64,000 nt of DNA, taken from assembly GCA_963718235.1 (NCBI GenBank), contig CAVQYR010000001.1, forward strand, positions 512,001 through 576,000, in the 5' to 3' direction. The notes under the pieces are model-generated. The model ran no database searches, had not been told where the DNA came from, and was given only the letters and a program-made list of their open reading frames with translations. The DNA comes from an uncultured Actinomycetota bacterium. Lineage in GTDB: Bacteria > Actinomycetota > Actinomycetes > JAHEKZ01. The translations under genes were made by a program, and so were the position numbers. Below are positions 1 through 11,553 of the stretch, one piece after another. Position 1 is the first letter of the stretch, and every line of letters begins with the position of its first letter.

Positions 1-970
1 CACCGAAGAAGCCGAACCCGTACCTGGGGTCGGACAGCCGGTCAACAGCCTGGGCCGGGCTCACGACGTCGTAGGCCCCGAGGGGTACGAGCGGCGCCAG
101 CCCGCCGTACAGCGCCTGGACCTGCCGGCCGACGAGGGTGACACTCCACACCGCGTCGGTGCGCTGCCCGTCGACCACGGGGAAGGCAGCGACGTACGCA
201 GCGCGCGGTGTCCCGTAGTCGCCGACCTCGAACTCCATGGAGGAGACGTCGATGCCGAGCGACGTCAGCACATCTTTGACCGCGTCGATGGCTGCGTCAC
301 CGGACGGCGCATCGAGTCCCTTGGGTCCGCAGTCCGGGGCGGGGGCGGGCACCGGGTCTACCGAGCCGCCGGACCCGGAGTCTCCCGGTTGGTCGCCTTC
401 CGCAGCAGCAACTGCGCATCCGTACGGGTCGAGCGTCGGGTTCCAGAAGCTGAGCGAGGCAAGGCCGTCCGGCGCCAGCTGCAGGGTCGGTCCCGAGCCG
501 TCGTTGGGTCCGACGGTCCAGACGCCGTCCGCCAGTCTGGGCTCCTGGTCGAGACCGAGCGCAGACGCTGCGTCGGCAGCTGTGCGCCGGGAGAACGCCT
601 GGCTCGGGTCGTACGCCCAGGCGGTTGCGGTGTCGGGGTCGTCGGACAAGCCTGACGAGGTGAAGACGAGGCGCCCGTAGCCGTACGGCATGACGTCGAC
701 ACCGATGCGGCTACCGATGGACGGAGCCGGCTCCTCGGCCCCGGTCGTCGTCGGACGGCCGAGCTGCATGCCTACCGATGCGCTGCCCGACCACGAGATC
801 GCGGACGCAGCCGCCTTGTGGGTGTCACCCGATCGGCCGAATGCGTAGCCGGTCGTGCCGGCGACGACAACTCCGACCGACAGTGCCGCGACCCCGATCC
901 ACCAGGCAGGAGCAGCCCGACCCGGCTTCGCGCTCGGGTGGTCTGACGTCAACATCTCGTGCTCGGTCAT
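1..970 (-). CDS. Membrane-anchored/secreted hypothetical protein (partial, runs off the left edge; absent from the ORF track)
   Basis: Manual translation gives ATG at 970 with GGAGGT RBS, MTEHEMLTSDHPSAKPGRAAPAWWIGVAALSVGVVVAGTTGYAFG..., one N-terminal TM helix, and an open frame to position 1. Confidence 0.75.
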   Translation of the reverse strand, partial: MTEHEMLTSDHPSAKPGRAAPAWWIGVAALSVGVVVAGTTGYAFGRSGDTHKAAASAISWSGSASVGMQLGRPTTTGAEEPAPSIGSRIGVDVMPYGYGRLVFTSSGLSDDPDTATAWAYDPSQAFSRRTAADAASALGLDQEPRLADGVWTVGPNDGSGPTLQLAPDGLASLSFWNPTLDPYGCAVAAAEGDQPGDSGSGGSVDPVPAPAPDCGPKGLDAPSGDAAIDAVKDVLTSLGIDVSSMEFEVGDYGTPRAAYVAAFPVVDGQRTDAVWSVTLVGRQVQALYGGLAPLVPLGAYDVVSPAQAVDRLSDPRYGFGFFG

Positions 971-1005
971 GGCGACCTCCGCCGTCGGTGTCTCGTGCAC
1001 CAACA

Positions 1006-1031
1006 GACGGGGCGGCGAGCGCCCCGGTTCC
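1006..1031 (-). promoter_or_regulatory. ECF-sigma-type promoter GGAACC-N16-CGTC
   Basis: Motif read directly, about 35 nt upstream of the 970 start; the same architecture occurs at 9729-9754. Confidence 0.5.
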
Positions 1032-1067
1032 GTGAACCCACTCGCCGATCTCCGGGCGGTAGCGTTC

Positions 1068-1898
1068 ATGTCGGTCCAACCCTTCCTGCAGGCCCCGACC
1101 CAGCGAGGTGACGTGCCCGGTTCCGTCGTGACCGTGGGTGAGGTGGGCCCGACCGGCACTCCCGCGCCTGGAGGCGCGAGGGTCGCCGTCCTCGCCTCGC
1201 TCAACCTCCCGGACCAGGACGAGCACCTGGCGGCTCTCATCCGTCAGCTGACCCGCACCGCGTTCAAGACACTCGTTGACGTGGGGGCCGATCCATGGCT
1301 GGTCGACCTCACGGCTCGTACCCGCGCCGGGTTGACCGAGCTGGGAGAGGCGGACGCGCTCGTCCTCCTCGGGGGTGGCGACATGGACCCCTCCCTGTAC
1401 GGCTACGAGGGGGAGGTCGCGAACGAGTACGGCGTCGACCGCGATGCCGACGAGTACTCGATGGCTGCCGTCCGACAGGCTCTCGTGGCCGACCAGCCCC
1501 TTCTGGCGATCTGCCGAGGCGTGCAGGTCCTCAATGTCGCGTGCGGCGGCACGCTGCACCCCGACCTCGCGGACTGGTCCTTGCATCGGGGTGCCAGCCA
1601 CGACGCCCTGTTCGTCGACGAGCACGTCACGATCGACCCGCAGTCACGGCTGGCGTCGTGGGCCGGCTCGACCGACCTCGTCGTACGAACCGGTCACCAT
1701 CAGGCGGTGGACCGGGTCGCTGACGAGCTGGTTGCCGTGGGCTGGGCCGACGACGGCCTGGTGGAGGCGGTCGAGCATCCGACGAGTCGGGCGGTGGGCG
1801 TGCAGTGGCACCCCGAGCAGGAGTCCGCGTCGCACGCCGACCGGCATCGGCTCTTCGCAGCCTTCGTCAACCAGACTGGCTCTGCACTCTCCGCCTGA
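1068..1898 (+). CDS. Gamma-glutamyl-gamma-aminobutyrate hydrolase family (peptidase C26, class I glutamine amidotransferase)
   Basis: LLGGGDMDP, LAICRGVQVLNV nucleophile motif, HHQAV, GVQWHPE; start chosen at ATG 1068. Confidence 0.85.
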   Translation: MSVQPFLQAPTQRGDVPGSVVTVGEVGPTGTPAPGGARVAVLASLNLPDQDEHLAALIRQLTRTAFKTLVDVGADPWLVDLTARTRAGLTELGEADALVLLGGGDMDPSLYGYEGEVANEYGVDRDADEYSMAAVRQALVADQPLLAICRGVQVLNVACGGTLHPDLADWSLHRGASHDALFVDEHVTIDPQSRLASWAGSTDLVVRTGHHQAVDRVADELVAVGWADDGLVEAVEHPTSRAVGVQWHPEQESASHADRHRLFAAFVNQTGSALSA

Positions 1899-2517
1899 GT
1901 CCCCGGATCATGCTCGTCGCCATGACGAAGTCCGCTGGAACGATCAGTACGACATAACCGGCGTTGATCCACCAGGGTTGCGTGCGGCCCCGGGTGCGGA
2001 GCAGGAATCTCGTGCCCGAACCCTCCGGCTCCAACACGAAGGTCCATGCCCATTCCAGCCGAGCGCCGAAGCGGTCTCGCCACGAAGCCGGAAAGTGCGT
2101 CGTCGAATGCAGGACGAGCAGGTGAGGTGCCTCGGCGCATCGGACGACGAACTCGGCGGTCCCGGGTGGCCCATCGGGGATGGTGTCACCTACCACGAGG
2201 TCTCGCATCAGCTCGGGTCTGAGGTCGTCGGCGCTGGCCCAGTTCGCCGGGAACAGCAGTGCGTCGACCCAGCGCGCGGTGTACCAGCCGCCACGGTGCC
2301 ATCCAGTCTGGGTCAGCCATGGCCAGACCTGCTCGGGCGGCGCCGGCAGCGACCCGGCGTGGTTCGTCACCACGGTGGGTCGAGTGACCAGTCCGTCACT
2401 GACGAGCTGTCGGCGACGTTCGTCTCGGCGAGTTCCGGAGGTGCGGCCTAGCCACTGCATCGCTGCGTATGCCGTCCCAGCAGCGAGGACTGCAACGAAC
2501 TCTGTCCGAGTTCTCAT
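1867..2517 (-). CDS. SRPBCC/polyketide-cyclase-like hypothetical protein
   Basis: VWPWLTQTGWHRGGWY and WAWTFVLEPEGSGTRFLLR resemble actinobacterial SRPBCC-like proteins. Confidence 0.6.
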   Translation of the reverse strand: MRTRTEFVAVLAAGTAYAAMQWLGRTSGTRRDERRRQLVSDGLVTRPTVVTNHAGSLPAPPEQVWPWLTQTGWHRGGWYTARWVDALLFPANWASADDLRPELMRDLVVGDTIPDGPPGTAEFVVRCAEAPHLLVLHSTTHFPASWRDRFGARLEWAWTFVLEPEGSGTRFLLRTRGRTQPWWINAGYVVLIVPADFVMATSMIRGLRRRVQSQSG

Positions 2518-2570
2518 GGGTGGCTCTCACTGGCTCGCCGTTACCTGTTCAGCACCGTACCGTGACGAGC

Positions 2571-4205
<1,635 letters not shown>

Positions 4206-4249
4206 CCTGCACACGTTCGGGGGGCCGGCGATTGACGCGAGGAGCCGAC

Positions 4250-4903
4250 GTGACTGCCCAACAGCCGATCGAAGTCCGTGACATGGCGATCGTCCACCGC
4301 ACGTTCCGGGCTGCGTACGACGAAGCCGCCCGGCTGGTCGAGGCCGAGACCGATCCGACCCCGGAGCGCGTGGCGTTCCTCGCCGACCACATCGAGATGA
4401 CCCTCGACCTGCTGCACCACCACCACGAGGGCGAGGACGAGCTGTTGTGGCCCCTGCTGCTCGAACGGGTGCCCGAGCAGGCCGAGATGGTCCAGCACGT
4501 GGCCGACCAGCATGACGATGTCGCAGCCGCCGTCGAGCACGCCAGGATCGCGGTGTCGACCTGGCGGGTGAGCCCTCAGGCCGCTGAACGGGAGGCCCTC
4601 GCGGCGTCGCTTCGCGGGCTGAACGGCGTCCTGCAGACGCATCTGGACGCGGAGGAGCAGCAGGTCGTCCCACTGGCTGCAGTGACGCTGACCCAGGAGG
4701 AATGGAACGCCATCGGCGCGCACTCGAGGGGGTCCATCCCGAAGGACAAGCTCTTCATCGCGTTCGGCATGCTGCTCGAACCGCTGTCCGACGCCGACCG
4801 CGCCTACATGCTGTCGGAGGTGCCAGCGCCAGTGAAGCTGGTCTGGAGGACGTTGGGTCAACGGTCCTGGCGTTCCTACGCCCGGCGCCTACGGCCGGCC
4901 TGA
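4250..4903 (+). CDS. Hemerythrin-domain protein
   Basis: MAIVHRTFR, LHHHHEGEDELLWP, QHDDV, HLDAEEQQVVPL; GAGGAG RBS before GTG 4250. Confidence 0.85.
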   Translation: MTAQQPIEVRDMAIVHRTFRAAYDEAARLVEAETDPTPERVAFLADHIEMTLDLLHHHHEGEDELLWPLLLERVPEQAEMVQHVADQHDDVAAAVEHARIAVSTWRVSPQAAEREALAASLRGLNGVLQTHLDAEEQQVVPLAAVTLTQEEWNAIGAHSRGSIPKDKLFIAFGMLLEPLSDADRAYMLSEVPAPVKLVWRTLGQRSWRSYARRLRPA

Positions 4904-4969
4904 CGCGCGGCTCGCACAACCTCGCGGCGCGTCGTTGCACGCGAACTGCGACGCCTCTGCCCAGAATGT

Positions 4970-5127
4970 GACGAGGCCCCTCCAACCAAGAGATGGAGGG
5001 GCCTCGCCCGATCCGACCGAAGTCGGACCGGCCGCCGGTTCGCTCTCCCGCCCCCCGGTCCTGAAGTTGCCCTCTGGTCCAGGTGGTCCGGAAGTTGCCC
5101 TCCGGCCGGGTGCGCCTCGCGGCGACG
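4970..5127 (-). ncRNA. Candidate structured non-coding RNA, family not recognised
   Basis: Minus strand shows two tandem GAGG-GCAA-CUUC (GNRA) hairpins, a 9-bp stem with a cUUCGg tetraloop, a terminal hairpin, and upstream TTGCGG-N17-TAGAAC. Confidence 0.6.
4972..5006. terminator. 13-bp perfect hairpin, probable terminator
   Basis: CGAGGCCCCTCCA-accaagaga-TGGAGGGGCCTCG. Confidence 0.7.
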
Positions 5128-5390
5128 TAGGAGAGTTCTAGTCGCTGGCTCGTGGGACCGCAAGGGGTTCACGCCAGGCTTTTCCAGGGATTTCTCCACC
5201 CACAGGTCGGTCCACAGGCTCGTCCGCGTGTGTCCCCAGCCGGTCCCCAGTCCCGTCCACAGCTGCTGTGGACGACGGGGTGCTGTCGATCACCGACCGA
5301 CGTCGCCGGTCGGTGATCGACTGACGGGCCGTCCCGGACCTTCTAGGGTGAGTACGAACGATCTGGGCAAGATCCCTCGTGGGGTGACTC

Positions 5391-6806
5391 GTGCGCCGAC
5401 TCGCCGTTGTCGGGTCGATGCTGGCCCTTCTCGCCGTGCTGGTGCTTCTTGCTTCGCTTCGCCCAACATCCCCCTCCAGAGAGGTGCTCGTCGGCAAGAC
5501 TGGTGCTGTGGAGCAACCGCGTGGACCGGCACCCGTGGATGCCAATGCCTCCCTAGCGGCCGGCCTCCTGCGTGCGGTGCGTGCCGCCGACTTCGCGTCG
5601 GTGGTGGACTACCAGTTCGACAAGGCCGGGGCGCCCGCTCCGCAGGTGTCCGCACCACCCAACGTCGACGTTGCCGTGATCCGGCTCGACCGCCATGGAC
5701 GACCGTCGGGGGCGGCGAACGTCGTGTACTCACGCGACTTTCCGCGCGGCCGGGTGGTGCGACTCGACGACAACCTGGCTGCGACCGGTATCGACTGGCG
5801 GGCGTGGGACTCCGCCCGGTCGGACGGCAACTGGAAGGCACGGTTCCCACCCGGCTCTTCGCTCGTCCCCGGCGTTGAGGGCAAGGTCTTCATGTCGCCC
5901 TACCCGGCGTCGACGTTCAAGCTGCTCGTGGCCTTCAACACCCTGCGGCTCGTAGACGACGGGACGATCTCCCTTCGCCGTACCGTGCGCTACGGCCCGC
6001 TGGGTGCGTCGACGTGCCCCGGGGGTCAGCCCACGATGGTTGCCACCACCCGAGAGCTGCTCGACCGCATGATCACCTACTCGGACAACACCTCCGCGTG
6101 TGTGCTGCTCGAGCAGATCGCCGACCTGCACGAGAACCAGGCGCTGAATCGCGGCTTCCGGGCGCTCGGCCTGCCGACCCTGCAGGTCACCGGGATCGAT
6201 GGGGCGAGCGGAGGGATGTGGAGCCCCGGCAAGATCACCATGACGGCCATGGACACCGCCCGGTTGCTTCTGCTCGTCGAGGGAGCGAGGGGCACGTTGT
6301 GGACCGATCCTTCGGGTGATCCCGTGCGGGCGTCTGCGGTCCTCAGCCGCCGGTCGAGGAGTCTGCTGAAGTCGATGCTGGCCCAGCAGGGCTTTCACAA
6401 GGTTCTGTCGACGACCAACTGGTGTGGTGCTTCCTACCCCCAACCGGGGATCCCCGCTCGGATGCCTCGACGCTGGATCGATCCGGCCGACGGAACCGTG
6501 ACCGTCGCCGGCTTCTCCTTCGGCCGAGACGTGCGTCCGTGCAATGACGAAGCCGAGGTGACCTTCGCCCACAAGACCGGCCTGACGTACGACTTCGTGT
6601 CCGACGCAGGGATCGTCGAGGCGCTCCCGGGTCAGGACGGGCGCCGCTACATCGTGGCGGTCTTCGCCAACTTGGGCTCTCGATTCGGCGATCCCCGCCG
6701 AGCCTCATCGTCGAAGACTCCGTGTCGCACCCCTGGTATGTGTTCCACGGAGAAGATGGGCATCCTCGGCCGAGCCATTGACGACCTGATGCGACGCGAT
6801 GCCTGA
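5391..6806 (+). CDS. Secreted serine hydrolase, class A beta-lactamase-like fold
   Basis: Signal peptide; SxxK (STFK), SDN and KTG motifs. Confidence 0.8.
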   Translation: MRRLAVVGSMLALLAVLVLLASLRPTSPSREVLVGKTGAVEQPRGPAPVDANASLAAGLLRAVRAADFASVVDYQFDKAGAPAPQVSAPPNVDVAVIRLDRHGRPSGAANVVYSRDFPRGRVVRLDDNLAATGIDWRAWDSARSDGNWKARFPPGSSLVPGVEGKVFMSPYPASTFKLLVAFNTLRLVDDGTISLRRTVRYGPLGASTCPGGQPTMVATTRELLDRMITYSDNTSACVLLEQIADLHENQALNRGFRALGLPTLQVTGIDGASGGMWSPGKITMTAMDTARLLLLVEGARGTLWTDPSGDPVRASAVLSRRSRSLLKSMLAQQGFHKVLSTTNWCGASYPQPGIPARMPRRWIDPADGTVTVAGFSFGRDVRPCNDEAEVTFAHKTGLTYDFVSDAGIVEALPGQDGRRYIVAVFANLGSRFGDPRRASSSKTPCRTPGMCSTEKMGILGRAIDDLMRRDA

Positions 6807-6833
6807 ACGCACGGCAGCCGATGGCTCGACCCG

Positions 6834-7430
6834 ATGACCCGGGTCGCGTGGTGGGGGGCTGTGTCATCGGTCGCTGCACCGGTGCTGCTGGTCGGAGGCT
6901 GGACGATTGCGGCCGCGCGACAGGAGCCGCCCTTCGACCCGGTGACGGGGACCATCAGTGCGCTGGCCGCGCGCGGGGCCGACGACCGGTGGATCATGAC
7001 CGGGGCGCTGCTGGGCGTCGGGCTCTGCCACGTGGCCACGGCGGCGGCACTCCGACCGGCCCGTCGACCAGGTCGGTGGATCCTGGCGGTCGGAGGCCTG
7101 GCCACGGTCGGCGTCGCCCTGATCCCGCTGCCCGCTGACGACGGCTACTCGGTGGGGCACGCGGTGTCGGCGACTACGGCGTTCGTGGCTCTCGCAGCGT
7201 GGCCGGCCCTGTCGAGCCGCCGCGGCGCCGAGGTGCCCTGGGGGCTTCGGCCACTGGTCGCTCGCGTCGCGGCCCTCGTCCTGCTGGCCGCGGTCGCCTG
7301 GTTCTTCGTGACAGCCGTCACGGGCGCCGCGGGCGTCGGACGGGCCGAGCGGGTGGCGGCCGCAGCACAGTCCGTGTGGCCCGCGGTGGTGGTCGGGTCG
7401 GCGCTGGCGAGTACTCGCGCTCGGAGTTGA
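6834..7430 (+). CDS. DUF998-like membrane protein
   Basis: About 5 TM helices, FDPVTGTISALAARGA, GRAERV. Confidence 0.7.
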   Translation: MTRVAWWGAVSSVAAPVLLVGGWTIAAARQEPPFDPVTGTISALAARGADDRWIMTGALLGVGLCHVATAAALRPARRPGRWILAVGGLATVGVALIPLPADDGYSVGHAVSATTAFVALAAWPALSSRRGAEVPWGLRPLVARVAALVLLAAVAWFFVTAVTGAAGVGRAERVAAAAQSVWPAVVVGSALASTRARS

Positions 7431-7439
7431 GCGTCGGGC

Positions 7440-8544
7440 TCAGGCCCGTGGGCGTCGCTTCTGCGGGTCGTACAGCGCCAGCTCGTCGACGACGGCACCG
7501 ACGGCGGTGCCGTCGATGTCGACGCTCAGCCGGGTGCCGTTGGAGGCGACGTCGCGCAGGAGCACCGCCAGGCCGATCGTGCCGAGGCGCGGGCTGACGG
7601 TCGGACTGGTGAGCGTTCCGACGACCTCACCGCCGAGGGTGACCTCACTGCCGTACTCAGGGGCCCGGTCGCCGTCGATGCGCAGGGTCTTGAACCGGTG
7701 CTTCGGGGAGTTGGCGGCCGACACGAGCGCTTCGCGGCCGAGGAAGTCGGCGCCGGAGGCCAGGGCGACCACGCCGTCGAGGCCGACGATCGAAAGGCGA
7801 TCGATCTCCTGCGTGGTAGTCGTAGTCGTGCACGATGAGTCCGGCTTCGACGCGCGCGATCTCCACCCCGCTGAACCCGATGGGACGCACGCCGGCTTCG
7901 GCCAGCGCAAGCCAAAGCGGCTCGGCGTCGTCGCGATCGGCGATGAGCTCGAACCCGAGCTCACCGGAGAAGCCGGTGCGCGACAGCCACACGGGGAAGC
8001 CGGCGACCTCGACCCGCTCGGTGAGGAAGCGGAAGTAGCGCAACGTCGACAGGTCGAAAGCGGTCAGCGACTGCAGCAGCTCGCGCGACTGCTGGCCCTG
8101 CACCGAGATGAGCGGCATCTCCTGGGTGCGGTTCGTGATCGTCAGCGTGGCATCGGGGCTGTGCTGTCGAAGGTGCTCGCCGAAGCCACCGCTGTTGGTG
8201 AAGACGAAGTAGCGTTCGGCGGCCAGGCGATAGACGGTCCCCTCGTCGAGCAGGAGCCCGTCGGCATCGGTGAACGCCCCGTAGCGCACCTGGCCGTCGA
8301 CCATGGAACCGACGTCGTTGGTGAACACCCGCTGGATCGCGCTGGCGGCGTCGGCACCATCGACCGTCCACTTGACCAGTGCGTAGACGTCCCACATGCC
8401 GGCGCCGGTGCGGATGGCCTCGTACTCGGCCAACGGGTCGCCGAGGTCCATCGTCCAGATGGCGCCGTCGAAGTCCTCGAAATGCGCGCCCTGCCTGGCC
8501 TGGACGTCGTAGAGGACCGACCGAACGGCCTCGCCGCTACTCAC
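7440..8544 (-). CDS. Aminomethyltransferase (GcvT-like, folate-binding), frameshifted near 7788
   Basis: EYEAIRTGAGMWDV, RTGFSGELGFEL, RVEAGL in one frame; DFLGREAL...GTLTSPTVSPRLG...LYDPQKRRPRA in another; removing one base gives SPFDVGLDG. Confidence 0.8.
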
Positions 8545-9641
8545 CGGTTCCGCGCACCTTCCGGTAGTACTCGTTGAACTGGTGCACGTAGTCGTCCTTC
8601 GCGGGGTAGACGCCGTGGTCGAACCCGCGGGACCGAACGCCCTTCTGGACCTTCTCCGAGACGGCGTAGTCCTGGCCGGCCACGAGCTCACAGAAGTCGA
8701 CGACGGGCGCCGGGTCGAAGTCGTCAGCGGCGATGTCCTCGGGGAGGAAGAGGTACTCGGTGTGCACCCGGGTCTGGAGTGGACCCTCCGGCACGAGTCG
8801 GGTCGCGACGGCGTTGCTGCCGGCGATGTCGATGAACATGTTGGGGAAGACCTGGCTGCCGAAGATCGAGTGGGTCTGCTCCTCGGTCATGTTGGGGAGC
8901 ACCGCGCGGCGAGCACGCTGGTCGTCGGAGTAGCTGGTGCCGCCGGTCTTGAGCGCGACGCCACCGTCGGACCGCCCGGGCTCGAAGACGACGCCCTTCT
9001 TGTAGGCGGGTACGACCTCGACGAGCTCGGGGTGGACGATCGGGCAGTGCAGGCACTCGTTGTAGTTCTCGATCAGGATCTTCCAGTTGGCCGCCACGAC
9101 GCTCTCGGTGCGGTGCACCGTGCGCAGCTGAGCGAGGTCGTGGATCTCGAACCGGATCGGGGAGTCGTAGTGGGCGTCGAGTGACTCACGCAACGGGGTC
9201 GGGGTCTCGCGGTCGAGGTTGACGAAGACGAAGCCCTGCCACTCGTCGACGTGCACCTGGCGCAGCGACAGCGAGGAGCGGTCGACCTCGTCGGCGTCCA
9301 CCCGAGGGGTTGCCACGAGTGCTCCGTCGAGGTCGTAGCACCAGGCGTGGTACGGACACTGGAAGACGGCCTTCGTGCTGCCCCGCTCGTCCTCGCAGAG
9401 CAGGGAGCCGCGGTGTCGGCACACGTTGTAAAAGGCGCGCAGCTGACCCGACTCGTTGCGGGTCACCAGGACGCTCTCACCGGCGACGTCGACCGTGAAG
9501 AACTGCGCCGGCCTCGCCGGCCTGCTCACTGCGTCCCGCGTACACCCACTGTCGGAACCAGATCTGCTCCTGCTCGAGGGCGTAGGTCTGGTCGTCGTAG
9601 TACTCGTGCGCTGGAAGGGTGCGTCGGGCCGCGGTGCTCAT
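8537..9641 (-). CDS. Rieske non-heme iron oxygenase alpha subunit (choline monooxygenase/stachydrine demethylase-like), frameshifted near 9506
   Basis: Rieske motif CRHRG...CPYHAW, ANWKILIENYNECLHCPIVH; the N-terminus MSTAARRTLPAHEYYDDQTYALEQEQIWFRQWVYAG starts at 9641 after GGAGGAG in another frame. Confidence 0.85.
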
Positions 9642-9654
9642 GTCTCCTCCGAAG

Positions 9655-9677
9655 TTGACCGACTGAACAGTCAGTCA
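9655..9677. promoter_or_regulatory. Palindromic TetR-type operator candidate
   Basis: TTGACCGACTGAACAGTCAGTCA just upstream of the Rieske gene; near-identical to 55424-55443. Confidence 0.6.
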
Positions 9678-9728
9678 GTGAACGCCCACGATACCTCGGG
9701 TGACCGACACACGTACAGCCTTCGGGCC

Positions 9729-9754
9729 GGAACCGACCGCGTGGCATCGTCGTC
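9729..9754 (+). promoter_or_regulatory. ECF-sigma-type promoter GGAACC-N16-CGTC
   Basis: Ends 8 nt before ATG 9763 of the META lipoprotein. Confidence 0.5.
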
Positions 9755-9762
9755 CCATGCAC

Positions 9763-10584
9763 ATGAAGCGACTCGTCAAGCCACTGGTGATCCTGTTCGG
9801 ACTCACCCTGGTGCTGGGTGCGTGCGGCCAGGCGGATGAAGACACCGGTGCGGATGGGGTGACCATGGCCCAGCTCGACGGACGGACCTTCATCGCGACG
9901 GACGGCACCAAGAGCGGTGAGCCGTTCACCGTCGTCGACGGCTCAACCCTCAGGGTCTCCTTCTCCGACGGGCAGATTGCGGCGAACGCGGGCTGCAACA
10001 ACATGGGTGGGGCCGTCTCGCTGGACGGCGACGTCCTGGTGGTCGACGGTGGGCTCATCCAGACCGAGATGGCCTGCAGTGAGCCGCTCATGCGGCAGGA
10101 GCAGTGGTTCTCGACCTTCCTGAGCTCCAAGCCCACGGTCCGCCTCGACGGTGTCACGCTGACGCTGACCCAGGGGACCGACGAGGTGGTCTTCTCCGAG
10201 CAGCAGCCACCGGCCGACCAACCGCTCGTCTCCACGACGTGGCAGCTCGACGGGATCATCAAGGGCGCCGGTGCTCAGGGCAGCGTCTCCAGCGTTCCCG
10301 TGGGGATCGCGGCAACCGTGCAGTTCGACGAGTCCGGTCGGGTCAGCATGTACGCCGGCTGCAACCGGATGAGCGGCCAGTACACGGAAGCCGGCGGCAG
10401 CCATGACGTTGAAGCGCGATGGGGTCGACCAAGATGGCGTGCAGCCCGCCCGAAGGGCGACGGTCGAGGCGGCGATGCTCTCGGTCCTGGACGAGGGTGA
10501 GACGTCGAATACTTGATCGACGGCGACACGCTGACCCTCACCCGCGGTGACGCCGGGTTGGTGCTCAAGGCTGCAGGGGAGTAG
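9763..10584 (+). CDS. META (HslJ-like) double-domain lipoprotein; second domain has several indels at about 10400-10510
   Basis: Lipobox LVLGAC; ANAGCNNMGG...QTEMAC; second AGCNRMSG; out-of-frame GSTKMAC and YLIDGDTLTLTRGDAGLVLKAAGE* ending at 10584. Confidence 0.75.
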
Positions 10585-11392
10585 CGAGCAGCCGCGGCGC
10601 GGTGTCCTTGGGCTCGACGCCGTCACCGCTGGAGACACCGCGCAGCCTTCGGCCCAGCCACGGCGCAAGGTGGGTGCGCGCCCAGTGCGCGTCCTCGAGC
10701 ACGGCCTGACGACGTGCCATCGGAGCCTGCGGCGGAAGTGGCTGGGACCACCACGCCGGGTCGCAACCGGCGGCGCTCGACTCGGCGCCGCTGAGCACGT
10801 GCCAGACCAGGGCGGCGACCCGGCGGTGTCCCTCCGGTCCCAGGTGCAGCCGGTCGGCGTCCCACATCCGTCGGTCGCCGAGCGCCGGCAGCGCTGCCTG
10901 GTCGACCAGGTTCGCTTCGTATCGCCCGGCCGTCGCGCGGATGGAGTCGTTGAATCGGCCGAACCGGTCGGCCAGTCGGCTCGCCGTGCGACCCGTGCCC
11001 CCCGCACGCTCGATGACCGTGAACAGCAGGACGCTGACACCACGGTCGGAGAGCAGACGCACCGCCCGGTCGTAGCGGTTGGCCAGGTCGTGCAGGTCGA
11101 CCCGGGGGCGCAGCGCGTCGTTCGGCCCGCCGTGGAAGGAGACGAGCGTGGTCGGTGGGTCATCGATCATCCGAAGGGCCGGAACGAGCTGCTCGACGAC
11201 GACCTGGTCCAGCAGCTTTCCCCGTACGGCCAGGTTGGCGTAGCGCACCGACCCGTTCGTCGCGGCCAGGGTCTCGACCACGCGGTCGGCCCAGCCGCGG
11301 TAGTGCCCGTCGGGTCGCAGCTCGTCGCTCATGCCCTCGGTGAACGAGTCGCCAAGGGCGAGGAACAGCGAGCAAGGGACTGGTGTGGGCAC
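10565..11392 (-). CDS. SGNH/GDSL hydrolase
   Basis: LALGDSFTEG, YANLAVRG, GGPND, DRLH; TACCGT-6nt-GTG leaderless start. Confidence 0.88.
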   Translation of the reverse strand: MPTPVPCSLFLALGDSFTEGMSDELRPDGHYRGWADRVVETLAATNGSVRYANLAVRGKLLDQVVVEQLVPALRMIDDPPTTLVSFHGGPNDALRPRVDLHDLANRYDRAVRLLSDRGVSVLLFTVIERAGGTGRTASRLADRFGRFNDSIRATAGRYEANLVDQAALPALGDRRMWDADRLHLGPEGHRRVAALVWHVLSGAESSAAGCDPAWWSQPLPPQAPMARRQAVLEDAHWARTHLAPWLGRRLRGVSSGDGVEPKDTAPRLLATPLQP

Positions 11393-11553
11393 ACCGTCAC
11401 GGTAGACGGCCCGGGAATCCCGCGACCGCATCCGGCCTCCGGTACCTAAGGCCCTGGCTGGTCCCAGCAGCCCTGGCTAGCGTGAAAGCGGGCCCGAACT
11501 CGGCGGTTCTCGGGTTTGGGCGGCCAGGGGGCCTAGAGGCTGAGGGAGTCGTC

